This document shows, piece after piece, positions 16,024 through 25,678 of a stretch of 64,000 bases of DNA. The stretch covers positions 96,001 through 160,000 of IMG/VR virus record IMGVR_UViG_3300047160_018755; one strand, written 5' to 3'. This DNA comes from a virus. Position 1 is the first letter of the stretch; each line of letters opens with the position of its first letter. A program made the translations under genes and the position numbers. Below the pieces are notes generated by a model. That model worked only from the letters and a program-made list of their open reading frames with translations. It made no database searches and was not told the DNA's origin.

Positions 16024-18144
16024 TTAACGATTCTTTTTGGCGCGACGCTTTTCTCCGATTCGGAGCATCGTGCGGTTGTGGTTGATGCTGTTGAAGCCCT
16101 TGTCCAGCTCGTCGGCTTCCAGATCTTTCTTGGTGAGCGAGAGAGACGCCTTCTTCAGGTCCTCGCTGCGCTTGAGCGGGAGCGCGCCATGGAAGCGCTT
16201 GCTGGTGACCTTCGCGGCCTCCGGCTTCGGAGCCTCGGGCTTGACGGCTTCCTTCTCGCCGCGACGGAGCGGCATCGCGCCGTGCATGCGAGCGCTGCTG
16301 GTCTGACCCTGCTGCTTCCACTGCGGAGCACCCGCGATCGCCATCTGCGGCTTCGGCGAGTGGAACATCGACATCAAGCCGCGGAGGAACCCGACGCCGC
16401 CGCGCTGCTTGGAGGCAGCCGCGAGGTTGAGGTTGTCGCGCACGCCGCTGAGAGCGTCCGCGCCGCCACCAGCCGGAACCGGGCTGGCCTTGAGGCGCTG
16501 ACCGAGCGTCTGGGGCTTGGCCGGAGCCGCGGCAGGCGCCGCCAGATCCGACACGTCGATGTCGACGGACTCGGGGCTGCCGCCCGGACGCAGAGCCTTG
16601 ACGTCCGCGAGGCTGTTGGCGACAGCCGGGTGAGCCGGAGCCGCGCGCTTCGCCTGGATCGCCGCGAGGTCGCCCTTGAGCTTCTGCACCTTGGCCGCAG
16701 GAGACGGACCAGCCGCCTTCGTCGCCGGAGCGGGAGTCGCACCCTTCGCAGGCGCAGCGCCCTTCGCCGGGGCCGCGACCTTGTGCTTGTCACCACCGCC
16801 CTGGCCGACGGGCTGCTTGCCGCCGACGCCCTTGCCCTTCGGAGCCTTCGCCTTTGAGGCGCCACCCACGCCCGGAAGAGCCATCTGGTCCTTGCGAAGC
16901 TCCGTGCCCTTCTTGATCTCGCCGCCCGAGCCCTGCTTGGCCACGGAAGCGTCCTTGCCAGCCTTCGGGAGCTTCGTGCCCTTCACGGCAGCGGCGGGAG
17001 CCGCGTGCTGCGCGGGGATGGTCTCACCACCCTTCGCCACCGGAGCCATGCTGTCCTTCAGAGCGGAGGGCATGTTCTTCTGGCTCGCGTGACCCGGGCC
17101 GCCGTAGCGCTTGTCGCCAGCGCCCATCTCGGCTTTCGCGTTCGGGATCTCACCAGCCACGGACACCGTCGGACGGCCCATCGCGTGGACCGGCTTGCGC
17201 AGCGGCTTGGGGGCGCCGACGACAGCCGACGTTCCACCCATCGACGGGTGCGCGCCGAAGACCGACTTCGCGCCACCCAGCTCCGCGTTGGCCTGGTGGA
17301 CCGGCGTCACGGGGGCGGGCTTCGGGGGAGCAAGCGCAGCGGCGCTCGACGACGGCATGTGCTTCGCGATCGCCTCCAGCTCGCCCTTCTTGTGGTTGAC
17401 GGTGCCGTTCGCGATGGCGTTCGCCGTGGCGTAGGCCTTGGCCTTGCCTTCCTTGTCGTGACCGTACTCGTCCTTGAGCTTGTGCATCGTCTTCTCGGAG
17501 ATGCCCTCGGGGGTCTTCTTCCCCAGCGGCGCGCCCTGAGTCACGCCGTCCTTGTGCTCCACGTACTCGCTGTGACCGTCCTCGTCGTGGTCACCGTCAC
17601 CATCGGGATCCTTGTGCTTGCCGTACACGTGCTCGTAGCCGCACGCCTTGCACATCTCGGACTTCTCCGCCATCGCCAGCGGGGCGGTGTCGCCGCCACC
17701 GGCCGGACCGACGCCAGGGCCGGGACCGTAGCCGAGCTGCGCGTTCTTCTGGAGGGTCGAGATGCACTTGCAGGCACCGTTCACGTCGGGACCACCGCAG
17801 AGAGGGCACAGCTCGTGCTTCTCCAGCTTGCGTTCCTTCGTCGACGCCTCGCGGGCGCGCATCTCACGGATCTGAGTTTCGGTCTTGACCAACACCGCCT
17901 TCAGGTCGGTTGCGAACTTCTGAAGGGGCGCGGAAAGCTTGGATTCGTTTTTATTCATTTTGGGTGTGTACTCGCCGTAGCATCCCAGACAGGTCCGTGA
18001 CCCGTCCTTATGAGGGGTTGAATCTTTGCTTCCACACTTCGGACACGCCTCGTCGGTCTTCAGTTTCCCGTCTCGACGAGCCGCGGTGATCCCGGCATTC
18101 TCTTTACGACGTGCCGCCAATTCGTCTTCAGGCTGCTTGGGCAT
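16024..18144 (-). CDS. Basic low-complexity protein with zinc fingers; probable internal head protein
   Basis: Lys/Ala/Pro/Gly-rich; CPKC...PHKDGSRTCLGC; several LxK motifs; AATCTT upstream. Confidence 0.7.
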   Translation of the reverse strand: MPKQPEDELAARRKENAGITAARRDGKLKTDEACPKCGSKDSTPHKDGSRTCLGCYGEYTPKMNKNESKLSAPLQKFATDLKAVLVKTETQIREMRAREASTKERKLEKHELCPLCGGPDVNGACKCISTLQKNAQLGYGPGPGVGPAGGGDTAPLAMAEKSEMCKACGYEHVYGKHKDPDGDGDHDEDGHSEYVEHKDGVTQGAPLGKKTPEGISEKTMHKLKDEYGHDKEGKAKAYATANAIANGTVNHKKGELEAIAKHMPSSSAAALAPPKPAPVTPVHQANAELGGAKSVFGAHPSMGGTSAVVGAPKPLRKPVHAMGRPTVSVAGEIPNAKAEMGAGDKRYGGPGHASQKNMPSALKDSMAPVAKGGETIPAQHAAPAAAVKGTKLPKAGKDASVAKQGSGGEIKKGTELRKDQMALPGVGGASKAKAPKGKGVGGKQPVGQGGGDKHKVAAPAKGAAPAKGATPAPATKAAGPSPAAKVQKLKGDLAAIQAKRAAPAHPAVANSLADVKALRPGGSPESVDIDVSDLAAPAAAPAKPQTLGQRLKASPVPAGGGADALSGVRDNLNLAAASKQRGGVGFLRGLMSMFHSPKPQMAIAGAPQWKQQGQTSSARMHGAMPLRRGEKEAVKPEAPKPEAAKVTSKRFHGALPLKRSEDLKKASLSLTKKDLEADELDKGFNSINHNRTMLRIGEKRRAKKNR

Positions 18145-18673
18145 CTGAAATCTCCGAAGAAAAGATTCGGGCTCCCTTGGACAGGTTTTGCTCTGCCCAC
18201 AGTGGCTGAAGATTGGTGAAGTGACAGGCCTGAAGAAATTGTCCCCGATCTGTCAAGTCGAACTTGGCCAGTGGCTTGATGTGGTCAATGTGCCACTCAC
18301 CATAGTTGCCCCAAGACATTCCCGGCTGAAACTTCGATTCCAAGTGAATCTTCAGCTCAGTGACGGTACAGCCGAGATCACGAACGGCCGACCCTGCGCG
18401 ACCCCGTTTCACAATCGAGTTGATTCGAGAGCGGAGGCTGTCAGAAATACGAACCTGAGGATCCGTAGCTCGTTTGCGGATGTGGTATGCCAAGGTCCTA
18501 GCAAAAACGCGGTCGCTGTTGGATCGGTAGTACGACTTCTTGCGCTTGCTCTCGCACGTCTTGCACGCCGAAGAACGCCCGTCCCGCTTCTGCTTGTCCA
18601 CGGAAAAATCCGTCAACAGGAGCGATTCTTCACACCTGGGGCAGATTTTGTTCCGTACAGACAAAGATTCCAT
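18128..18673 (-). CDS. HNH homing endonuclease
   Basis: CPRC...CKTC N-terminus; WHIDHIKP...HFTNLQPLWAEQNLSKG; lower GC. Confidence 0.88.
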   Translation of the reverse strand: MESLSVRNKICPRCEESLLLTDFSVDKQKRDGRSSACKTCESKRKKSYYRSNSDRVFARTLAYHIRKRATDPQVRISDSLRSRINSIVKRGRAGSAVRDLGCTVTELKIHLESKFQPGMSWGNYGEWHIDHIKPLAKFDLTDRGQFLQACHFTNLQPLWAEQNLSKGARIFSSEISDAQAA

Positions 18674-18713
18674 ATCACCTTCCAAGATTGGAATCCCCAA
18701 CGGAACAAAACGC

Positions 18714-19337
18714 TCACTTATCGGCCTTCTTCAGGACGCGCCCGATGACGTCCTTCAGCTCCGTTGCGAACTTCCGCATCAGATCTCGTTCCATCGGCGT
18801 GAGCGGTGGCTTCGCCGTGTGGTGCTCCAGCGGCACGGTCCCCTTCACGGGAGAGTCGTGCAGCTCGTCGCCGAAGTGGAGGCTGACGTAGCCCTTGCCG
18901 GGGAGGTGCGTGTAGAAGTCCTTCGGCTGCGTCGGCGAGTAGTGCATCTCCGGCTTCGACACGTGGTGCTTGCCGGCGTTGGGGCCGTGCGTGTAGAGCA
19001 GCTCGTGCTTGCCGTCCTGCGAGTACATGATCGCCTCTTGACCGTACTTGCGGCCGAGCGCGTACATGTTCTCGCGTGTGGGGTTGTGGATGATGAAGCT
19101 GTTCTCCGGCGCGCCGTACGATCCGTGTGTGGGCTCGTGGTGCAAACCAAGAGCTTTCAGGTCCGCGCTGAGGGCTTCGTTGCCACCTTCGGCCGTTGGG
19201 AAACGCGGCGACTCCGCCGTCATGATTCCAACCGTGTGCCCCTTGTTGAACAACGGATGGTCCGCAACCTGCGGCGGAACGGTGTGGTACAGGTTGTGTT
19301 CGTTGTTTTCGATTTCGTCTTTGCGCAGCGGTCGCAT
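18714..19337 (-). CDS. DUF3293-like protein
   Basis: GIMTAESP...N..L..DL...G...GSYGAPENSF...LGRKYGQEAI pattern. Confidence 0.6.
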   Translation of the reverse strand: MRPLRKDEIENNEHNLYHTVPPQVADHPLFNKGHTVGIMTAESPRFPTAEGGNEALSADLKALGLHHEPTHGSYGAPENSFIIHNPTRENMYALGRKYGQEAIMYSQDGKHELLYTHGPNAGKHHVSKPEMHYSPTQPKDFYTHLPGKGYVSLHFGDELHDSPVKGTVPLEHHTAKPPLTPMERDLMRKFATELKDVIGRVLKKADK

Positions 19338-19340
19338 CGG

Positions 19341-20336
19341 TTACTCCAGCGGGAAGACGCCCCAGGGATCGTCGGGCGTAGGCGGTGACTGTCCTTGGTC
19401 GTTCACGGGCGGCAACTGGTCGTCGTCGCCGACGCCAGAGATCTCGATGGCCGAGAAGTCGGGCTGCGTTTCGACCACCTCGACAAGTGGGTTGACGCTC
19501 TTCGGCCAGTAGTAGCGCGCGTAGCCGGTGACCGTGATGAACCGCGAGAACACCACCTCGTTCTCGAATTCGAGGTTGCGACGGAAGTCGGTCGACGAGA
19601 GCTGCGTGCGCTCGAAGCCGCGCGTCTCGAACAGCTCCTGCTTGTACTTGAGGAGCATGAACTGGAGGATCGAGTGCAGGTAGAGCAGGTACGAGGGGTC
19701 TCCCTGCACGTGAATGCCGATCTGGTAGACCTCCTTGAAGGTCACGCTCTCGATGGTCGTCGCGTAGCGCTCCTTGGGACCGATGATGACGGCATCGGTG
19801 AAATCCGCGACCGTACCGGGCTTCAGCGAGATCTCGTCGTCGCCAAGATTCTGCTGGATGGGGAACTGACGACCGGCGCGCGTCTGCACGATCATGCCGG
19901 CAGCGACGGTGCTGTCGCCCATCAGAGCCTCCGGCAGTACCATGATGCCCGAGGTGGGCGAGTACGCGAGCGGTGTGAACTGCGGCGTCAGCGCGGGCCA
20001 GTCACCTGCGGTCGGCTCCTGCGGAACGTAGTGGACGTCGCCGTGGGTCTGGTCGGACTCCTGCGACTCCTGGAGCGAGATGGTGATGCACGGGATCGCT
20101 TCCTCGGCCACGCGGAAGTTCATGAACACCGGGACGTCGGTCTTCAGGAACCACTCCTTCGCCAGCTCGATCTGCTTCTCGCCGTACACGTCGCGAGTCA
20201 GCTCGTCCTCGGCCAGGTAGTGGAAGATGTAGTTGAGCAGCTTGGGGTCGTTACGGACGTTGTCCATGGAGCGGATGATCGCCGTGCGTACGACGACGTC
20301 TCCCTGGAATACGCCTTTGATTTCCGTATCGGCCAC
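19341..20336 (-). CDS. Virion protein, probable tail completion/neck
   Basis: Position between neck and sheath genes; beta-rich C-terminus; late motif. Confidence 0.55.
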   Translation of the reverse strand: MADTEIKGVFQGDVVVRTAIIRSMDNVRNDPKLLNYIFHYLAEDELTRDVYGEKQIELAKEWFLKTDVPVFMNFRVAEEAIPCITISLQESQESDQTHGDVHYVPQEPTAGDWPALTPQFTPLAYSPTSGIMVLPEALMGDSTVAAGMIVQTRAGRQFPIQQNLGDDEISLKPGTVADFTDAVIIGPKERYATTIESVTFKEVYQIGIHVQGDPSYLLYLHSILQFMLLKYKQELFETRGFERTQLSSTDFRRNLEFENEVVFSRFITVTGYARYYWPKSVNPLVEVVETQPDFSAIEISGVGDDDQLPPVNDQGQSPPTPDDPWGVFPLE

Positions 20337-20371
20337 GATCAGAAGATTGCCGCGCCCCCAATCTCTTAGGT

Positions 20372-20695
20372 ATGGACGAAGATGTCGCTTTCACGGTCGA
20401 AGTCTTCCAGAAGGTCCTGGCGAACGAGAAGCACCGCCTGGCTGTCGGCGCCGTCCTCAGGCGCTACATCCACGCGCAGCTCGCGAAGGGCATCGAGCCC
20501 GACCACTACCGCATGAAGTGGATGCACAAGGGTATCTCGCGGATGATCCACGAGCTGGAGCTGTTCGGCCGGGAGTTCAACGCCGCTCACCCGAGGGACA
20601 AGTTCTCCAAGGGCGACATGATCGACGTCGCCGAGTCAGCCGTGCTGACCCTGCGGAACTACATCGACGCGGAAGAGGACCCCGACAGCAACTAG
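20372..20695 (+). CDS. Hypothetical protein on the opposite strand
   Basis: Strong codon bias; AATCTC 6 nt before ATG. Confidence 0.7.
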   Translation: MDEDVAFTVEVFQKVLANEKHRLAVGAVLRRYIHAQLAKGIEPDHYRMKWMHKGISRMIHELELFGREFNAAHPRDKFSKGDMIDVAESAVLTLRNYIDAEEDPDSN

Positions 20696-21543
20696 CTGTT
20701 GAGGTCGCTGACGGCCTTGTCGAAGAGGGCGGGGGCGACTTCCTTCTGCCACAACTCGACGGCTTCCTCGGCTGCCTTTTCGAGGATGTTCACCGCGGCG
20801 TTGCCCGGGTGCTCCCACTTCGCCATGCCCGACTGCGATTCGCTCGCCACGCGGAAGGTGAGGATCGAGCGCTTGGTCTTCCCGTCCTTGCCCTTCTTCT
20901 GGTAGATGGAGACGCCCTGGAGGAACGGGATGCCCGACTTCTGTCCGGGGCTCTTCGAGCCCTGCATGACCTCGCCCACGGGACCGCGGCGCTGGCCGGC
21001 GCCTGGGTCCTGCTTGAGGGGCGCGTTGGAGATCGTGAACGAGTGGAGCTTGCCGGACTTGTCCGTGCCGTCCGCGTTCTTCTCGATCTTGCCGAAGGGA
21101 ATGCCGCGAGCCTTCAGCTCTTTCTTGACAGCGTTGACAAGATCTTGCTGAGCAGCAGTACGCCCAGTACGACTATCATCGCCTTGAGGCCCCATAGGAC
21201 CGTGGTTGAATGGAACAGTGATGTACTTGCCGTTCTTACCCGACTTCGCTTTCGGCGAGGCGAGGAGGTACTTGAGCATGTCGAACGCAGATTGACCATC
21301 GTCGATCCATCGCACTTTGGCGTCGAGGGTGACCAGCCAGGTGTCGTCGCCGACCTTCTCCGTGCGAAGACCGTCCTGGTACATCTTGCGGCGCGTGTGG
21401 AGCTTGTCCGCGGCCATCTCCTTCGCTTTCGCGACGACCATCTTGGACAGCTCTTCGCCTGCGTCGTTGGCGATCTTCTTGAGCGCCGGACCGACCTCCA
21501 TCAGCTCGTTCAGCTGACTGAGATCAACGTTTATAGAGAACAC
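20692..21543 (-). CDS. Neck/head-completion protein
   Basis: KLHTRRKMY...FDM...YITVPF...FRVASE...WEHPG pattern typical of myovirus neck proteins. Confidence 0.6.
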   Translation of the reverse strand: MFSINVDLSQLNELMEVGPALKKIANDAGEELSKMVVAKAKEMAADKLHTRRKMYQDGLRTEKVGDDTWLVTLDAKVRWIDDGQSAFDMLKYLLASPKAKSGKNGKYITVPFNHGPMGPQGDDSRTGRTAAQQDLVNAVKKELKARGIPFGKIEKNADGTDKSGKLHSFTISNAPLKQDPGAGQRRGPVGEVMQGSKSPGQKSGIPFLQGVSIYQKKGKDGKTKRSILTFRVASESQSGMAKWEHPGNAAVNILEKAAEEAVELWQKEVAPALFDKAVSDLNS

Positions 21544-21965
21544 GCGACACCATCGGCTCGCTGAGCCGTTCGAATGCGGTGACAACAGGCGCACACCAAC
21601 TCACACTTTGCCAGCTCTTCTTTAAGAGCTTCCATCGAATGTGTCCATGAAACCATCTGAGCAATTCCAAACCTCTTCACGCCACGCACGTGATCGAAGT
21701 CCATTGCAACACCAGGGAAACGCCTACCACAGTCGGTGCAAGGCTTTGACTTAAGCTCTGCCACCAGACCGCGCTTCTCCAAGATCTTTACCTCAGCCGC
21801 TTCTGTCATGCGATGGGTTCGCTTGTACTCGCGATGACACGGGAAGCACCACTGGTAAACGACCTTTCCATTACGGATGTAGCTTTGAAACTCTTCCACA
21901 GGTTTAGGAACCGAGCATTGAGCGCAGATCCTCTTGCCATCTACAGTCTGAACACGCCTGGGCAT
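21531..21965 (-). CDS. HNH endonuclease
   Basis: CTDCG...MDFDHV...KCELVCACCHRIRT; lower GC. Confidence 0.88.
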   Translation of the reverse strand: MPRRVQTVDGKRICAQCSVPKPVEEFQSYIRNGKVVYQWCFPCHREYKRTHRMTEAAEVKILEKRGLVAELKSKPCTDCGRRFPGVAMDFDHVRGVKRFGIAQMVSWTHSMEALKEELAKCELVCACCHRIRTAQRADGVACSL

Positions 21966-21989
21966 GTTAAGAAGATTAAGACGGGATGG

Positions 21990-23264
21990 TTAACTGCTCG
22001 AAGGCTCGCGGGAGGAGACGGGATGACTGTTCGGGCCGATGATGGGCGCGTCCTTGTCCTGCGCCTGCACCATGCCGGAGTCGACCTGTTTCCAGCCCGT
22101 GCTGCCGTCACCGTGCTGGACCTTCACCTTGTCGCCGACCTGTGAGCCGAGCGGGAAGTTCATCTTGTGGTGCGGGGGCGTACCTTCGATCGGGTTGCTC
22201 GACTTCTCCAGTCCGTAGTCCTTGAAGCAGCCCTTGCAGGTCTTGGAGCCGTCCTTGTGCGGGATGAACTCCTTCTCCTCGCAGTGCGGGCAGGCATCTT
22301 CCGACTTCGCCATCGCTTGCTTGATGACGTCGGGCTCGTCGTCCATCGGAGGACCATCGCCCATCACTTCCTTGCCGAGGAGCACGACGCCCTGGACGAG
22401 GCCGATGATGGCCGCGTACGCATCGGGAGCGTACTGCTGGAGACGCTGGATGTCGGGCAGCTGCTTGCGGATGTTCGTGAGCGCGTCCGTGACCTTCTTC
22501 TTGACGGACTCGGTCTGCTTCTGACCGTCGCCCGCAGCCTGCTCGTCCTGCTTGCTGGAGTCCTCGGCCGCGTCATGGAGCTGCGACTCCATGTCCTGGT
22601 TCATGTTCTCCATGTCGCCCGCGGCGTGAGTCATCTCGGGCGAGGCCGGCTTGGGATCGTCACCCAGAACATCGCCCACATGCTTCATGTCGGTGAAGCC
22701 CGGGTCGTGCTGGACAGCGAAGCCCGCGTTGGGACCGGAGAGCTTCGCCGTGTTGTGCTCCAGGACTTTCTGCGTGTCCTTGCCGCCGGCCGCCTTGTGC
22801 TCTGGCGGCTTGGGCGTGTCGGCCTTGGCGAGGTACTCGTCCGTCAGCTTCTCCTGCTCGGACTTGGGGGCGTCGACCGCGCGCTGGTACTCGGCCGCCA
22901 TCGCGTCTTGGTCCCACACCAAAATCTGGTTGCCGCCGCGGAGCTTTGCGACCACGAGGGCCTTGGCGGAGTCGGACATCTGCATGCCCACGCCCACGGA
23001 GACGGTGGCGCCCACCAGGTTCGAGTACTGCTTCGCGATCGAGGGCATGTCGGCCAGCTTGCTGGCGTCGACCACGATGCGACCCTCGTCGCCACCCATC
23101 TCGATCACCGAGCCGCCGTTGTTCACGGCGAAGCTCTTCCACAGCTCGTTGCCGGCGTTGATGGCCTGGTCGACTCGACGAACCTCACCCACGTCGTTCG
23201 CGAGCACTGCTCGCCCGACGCGGCGGCCGATCTTGTCGCCGTCCCAGCAAACGAAAACGTCCAT
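21990..23264 (-). CDS. Probable virion protein with N-terminal mCpol (minimal Cas10-like nucleotide cyclase) domain
   Basis: WDGDKIGRRV...LANDV...GGSVIEMGGDEG...TVSVGVG...AKALVVAKLRGGNQI; then acidic linker, zinc finger and LxK[S/A] motifs. Confidence 0.75.
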   Translation of the reverse strand: MDVFVCWDGDKIGRRVGRAVLANDVGEVRRVDQAINAGNELWKSFAVNNGGSVIEMGGDEGRIVVDASKLADMPSIAKQYSNLVGATVSVGVGMQMSDSAKALVVAKLRGGNQILVWDQDAMAAEYQRAVDAPKSEQEKLTDEYLAKADTPKPPEHKAAGGKDTQKVLEHNTAKLSGPNAGFAVQHDPGFTDMKHVGDVLGDDPKPASPEMTHAAGDMENMNQDMESQLHDAAEDSSKQDEQAAGDGQKQTESVKKKVTDALTNIRKQLPDIQRLQQYAPDAYAAIIGLVQGVVLLGKEVMGDGPPMDDEPDVIKQAMAKSEDACPHCEEKEFIPHKDGSKTCKGCFKDYGLEKSSNPIEGTPPHHKMNFPLGSQVGDKVKVQHGDGSTGWKQVDSGMVQAQDKDAPIIGPNSHPVSSREPSSS

Positions 23265-23274
23265 GTCCCTAAGA

Positions 23275-23661
23275 TTACGCCCGGTAGTGCTTGCAGGCCG
23301 TATTGCTGCACTCGATGGTTCGGAAGAGAATGAAGGCGTTTCCCCCACAAACGAGGCACGTGTGCGGGTACCTGGACGACTTCTGCTTCTGCTCTTCGTC
23401 CACCAAGATCGCAGCCACGCAGGTGTAGTGCCACGTCCCTTGACGGAAGCCCGCGGTCATGGTAAGGTGATGGGCTTGAGGATCGACAGTGTAGGTCGGC
23501 TTCCAGGCGCACTCGATGACGATCTGGGCCATGTCGTAGTAGTAGCCGACCACCCGTCCAAGCTTCTTCTCCCCGCCAGGCTCCTCCCGGAACCACACGA
23601 CGTACCCCGCCATCTTGTCGGCACGGTTGCGCGCGAAGTTCTTGAAGTCGATCGACGGCAC
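23275..23661 (-). CDS. Hypothetical protein with C-terminal zinc ribbon
   Basis: HTCLVCG...IECSNTAC; AATCTA 6 nt before GTG. Confidence 0.6.
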   Translation of the reverse strand: MPSIDFKNFARNRADKMAGYVVWFREEPGGEKKLGRVVGYYYDMAQIVIECAWKPTYTVDPQAHHLTMTAGFRQGTWHYTCVAAILVDEEQKQKSSRYPHTCLVCGGNAFILFRTIECSNTACKHYRA

Positions 23662-23710
23662 TCTTAATAGATTCCTGCTGATTCGATAGAAATGGCCCGG
23701 AGGGATTACC

Positions 23711-24484
23711 ATGGGTTCAACACCGATTTTGATCGTCAGTGGCAAGGCCGGTTCGGGCAAAGACACGGTCGCCGCGTTCATCGCGGAGAAGTACAACGGC
23801 GTCTGCATCGCGCAGGCAGATCCGATGAAACGCCTGGCTGGAGCGCTCTTCGGGTTCACCGAGACCCAGCTCTGGGGACCGAGCGAATGCCGGAACGCGG
23901 CCACCAAGTGCACCCCCGTCAACCCCGACGCCATGGACACCGTCCAGCTCGCTCGGGACTTCTGCGAGGAGATGGGGCTCGGCAACGGATGGGAGGCGCG
24001 CAAGCTGCTCGACTGGTACGAGGGCCAGTTCGCCGAGTACCTGAAGAACGATGTTATCGCGCCGCGGACCGTGCTCCAGACCATGGGCACCGAATGGGGC
24101 CGCGAGATCAAGCCGTCGATGTGGATCGAGAAGGCCGTCGGAAACGCCCGCAAGCTGGTCGAGGGTGGTTTCGGCTACGCCCGCGGCGTCGGGCTGCGGC
24201 ACGACAAGGACAAGTCCTTCGACTACGCCATCATCACGGACGGCCGGTTCCGGAACGAGATGCTGGCCGTGCGCTTCCTGGGCGGCGCGGCGCTGCGCGT
24301 CATCCGCCCCTCCAAGGCGGCTCAGACCGTGGGCATCGCAGGCCACCGGAGCGAGAAGGAGCTTGACACGATCCCCGAACACTTCTACAGTGGGACCATC
24401 ATGAACGACTCCACCTTCGACGAGCTGTACGAGCGCGTCATGGACGAGATGGAGTTCCACTACTTCGACACCCGCGCACGGTAA
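23711..24484 (+). CDS. Deoxynucleoside monophosphate kinase
   Basis: SGKAGSGKDT P-loop, ADPMK, PRTVLQTMGTEWGR, IITDGRFRNE. Confidence 0.88.
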   Translation: MGSTPILIVSGKAGSGKDTVAAFIAEKYNGVCIAQADPMKRLAGALFGFTETQLWGPSECRNAATKCTPVNPDAMDTVQLARDFCEEMGLGNGWEARKLLDWYEGQFAEYLKNDVIAPRTVLQTMGTEWGREIKPSMWIEKAVGNARKLVEGGFGYARGVGLRHDKDKSFDYAIITDGRFRNEMLAVRFLGGAALRVIRPSKAAQTVGIAGHRSEKELDTIPEHFYSGTIMNDSTFDELYERVMDEMEFHYFDTRAR

Positions 24485-24488
24485 ACCC

Positions 24489-25664
24489 ATGAAAAACTTC
24501 CCCACACTGTACCAGAAGACCAACGCCGGGGCGATCCAGCAATGGACCATCTCGGTCGAGGGCACGACCATCAAGACCGTGCACGGCCAGGTGGGAGGCA
24601 AGCTCCAGGAGGCCCTCGACACCATCAAGGAGGGCAAGAACATCGGGCAGTCGAACGAGACGACGCCCGAGATGCAGGCCGAGCGCGAGGCGAAGGCGAA
24701 GTGGACGAAACAGCTCAAGAAGGGCTACGTCGACACGATCGCCGCCGCTGAGGCCGGCGAGGTCGACGCCATCATCGAGGGCGGCCTCCCGCCCATGCTG
24801 TCGCCGAACAAGTCGCACCCCAAGGACGACCTGCTCGCCAAGACCGCGAAGTTCCCGGCCTACGGCCAGCCGAAGCTGGACGGCATGCGCTGCATCGCCA
24901 TCATCGAGGGCGGCAACGCCACCGTCTGGAGCCGCACGCGCAAGCGCATCCCCACGATCCCGCACATCGTCGATGCTCTCGCCAAGATGTTCCCGACCGA
25001 GCAGCGTGTTGTGCTCGACGGCGAGCTGTACAACCACCAGTACAAGGACCACTTCGAGGATCTGATGTCGATCCTACGCGGCGACGGGCCGGACCCCGAG
25101 GGCGAGTACCTCAACGCCCAGTTCCACGTCTACGACTGTCCCGAGCGCTTCGTGCGGGCGTCGCAGCACACGCAGGACGCGCCGTTCGAGCACCGCAACC
25201 GTGCCGTCAGCGCGATGCTCGGCGGCCTCGACCCCCAGTCGCCCATCAAGCGCGTCGAGACGGTCGCCGTCGAGACCATGCAGCAGCTGCTCCTGTTCTA
25301 CGAGGAGTGTCTGACCCGCGGCTACGAGGGCTCGATGTACCGCTCTCCCGAGGGCAAATACGAGGCCGACAAGCGCTCGAAGTTCCTGCTCAAGATGAAG
25401 GAGTTCATCGACCAGGAGTTCCCGATCGTCGGCGCCAACACCGGCCGCGGGAAGGACGCGGACGTGGTGACCACCTTCGACGTGCAGCTCCCGAACGGCA
25501 AGGTCATGCCGGTGCGCTCGCCAGGGACCTACGCCAAGAAGCGCGAGTTTCTGAAGAAGCCCCAGCTGTGGCAGGGGAAGCAGCTCACCGTGAACTTCAA
25601 GCGGTGGACCGCCGACGGGATGCTCTACATCCCGACCGGGAAGGGGATCCGAGACTACGAGTAA
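24489..25664 (+). CDS. ATP-dependent DNA ligase with N-terminal WGR-like domain
   Basis: QPKLDGMRC, LDGELY, FHVYD, EGSMYR, LLKMK. Confidence 0.93.
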   Translation: MKNFPTLYQKTNAGAIQQWTISVEGTTIKTVHGQVGGKLQEALDTIKEGKNIGQSNETTPEMQAEREAKAKWTKQLKKGYVDTIAAAEAGEVDAIIEGGLPPMLSPNKSHPKDDLLAKTAKFPAYGQPKLDGMRCIAIIEGGNATVWSRTRKRIPTIPHIVDALAKMFPTEQRVVLDGELYNHQYKDHFEDLMSILRGDGPDPEGEYLNAQFHVYDCPERFVRASQHTQDAPFEHRNRAVSAMLGGLDPQSPIKRVETVAVETMQQLLLFYEECLTRGYEGSMYRSPEGKYEADKRSKFLLKMKEFIDQEFPIVGANTGRGKDADVVTTFDVQLPNGKVMPVRSPGTYAKKREFLKKPQLWQGKQLTVNFKRWTADGMLYIPTGKGIRDYE

Positions 25665-25678
25665 CCAAGGAGGCCTGC

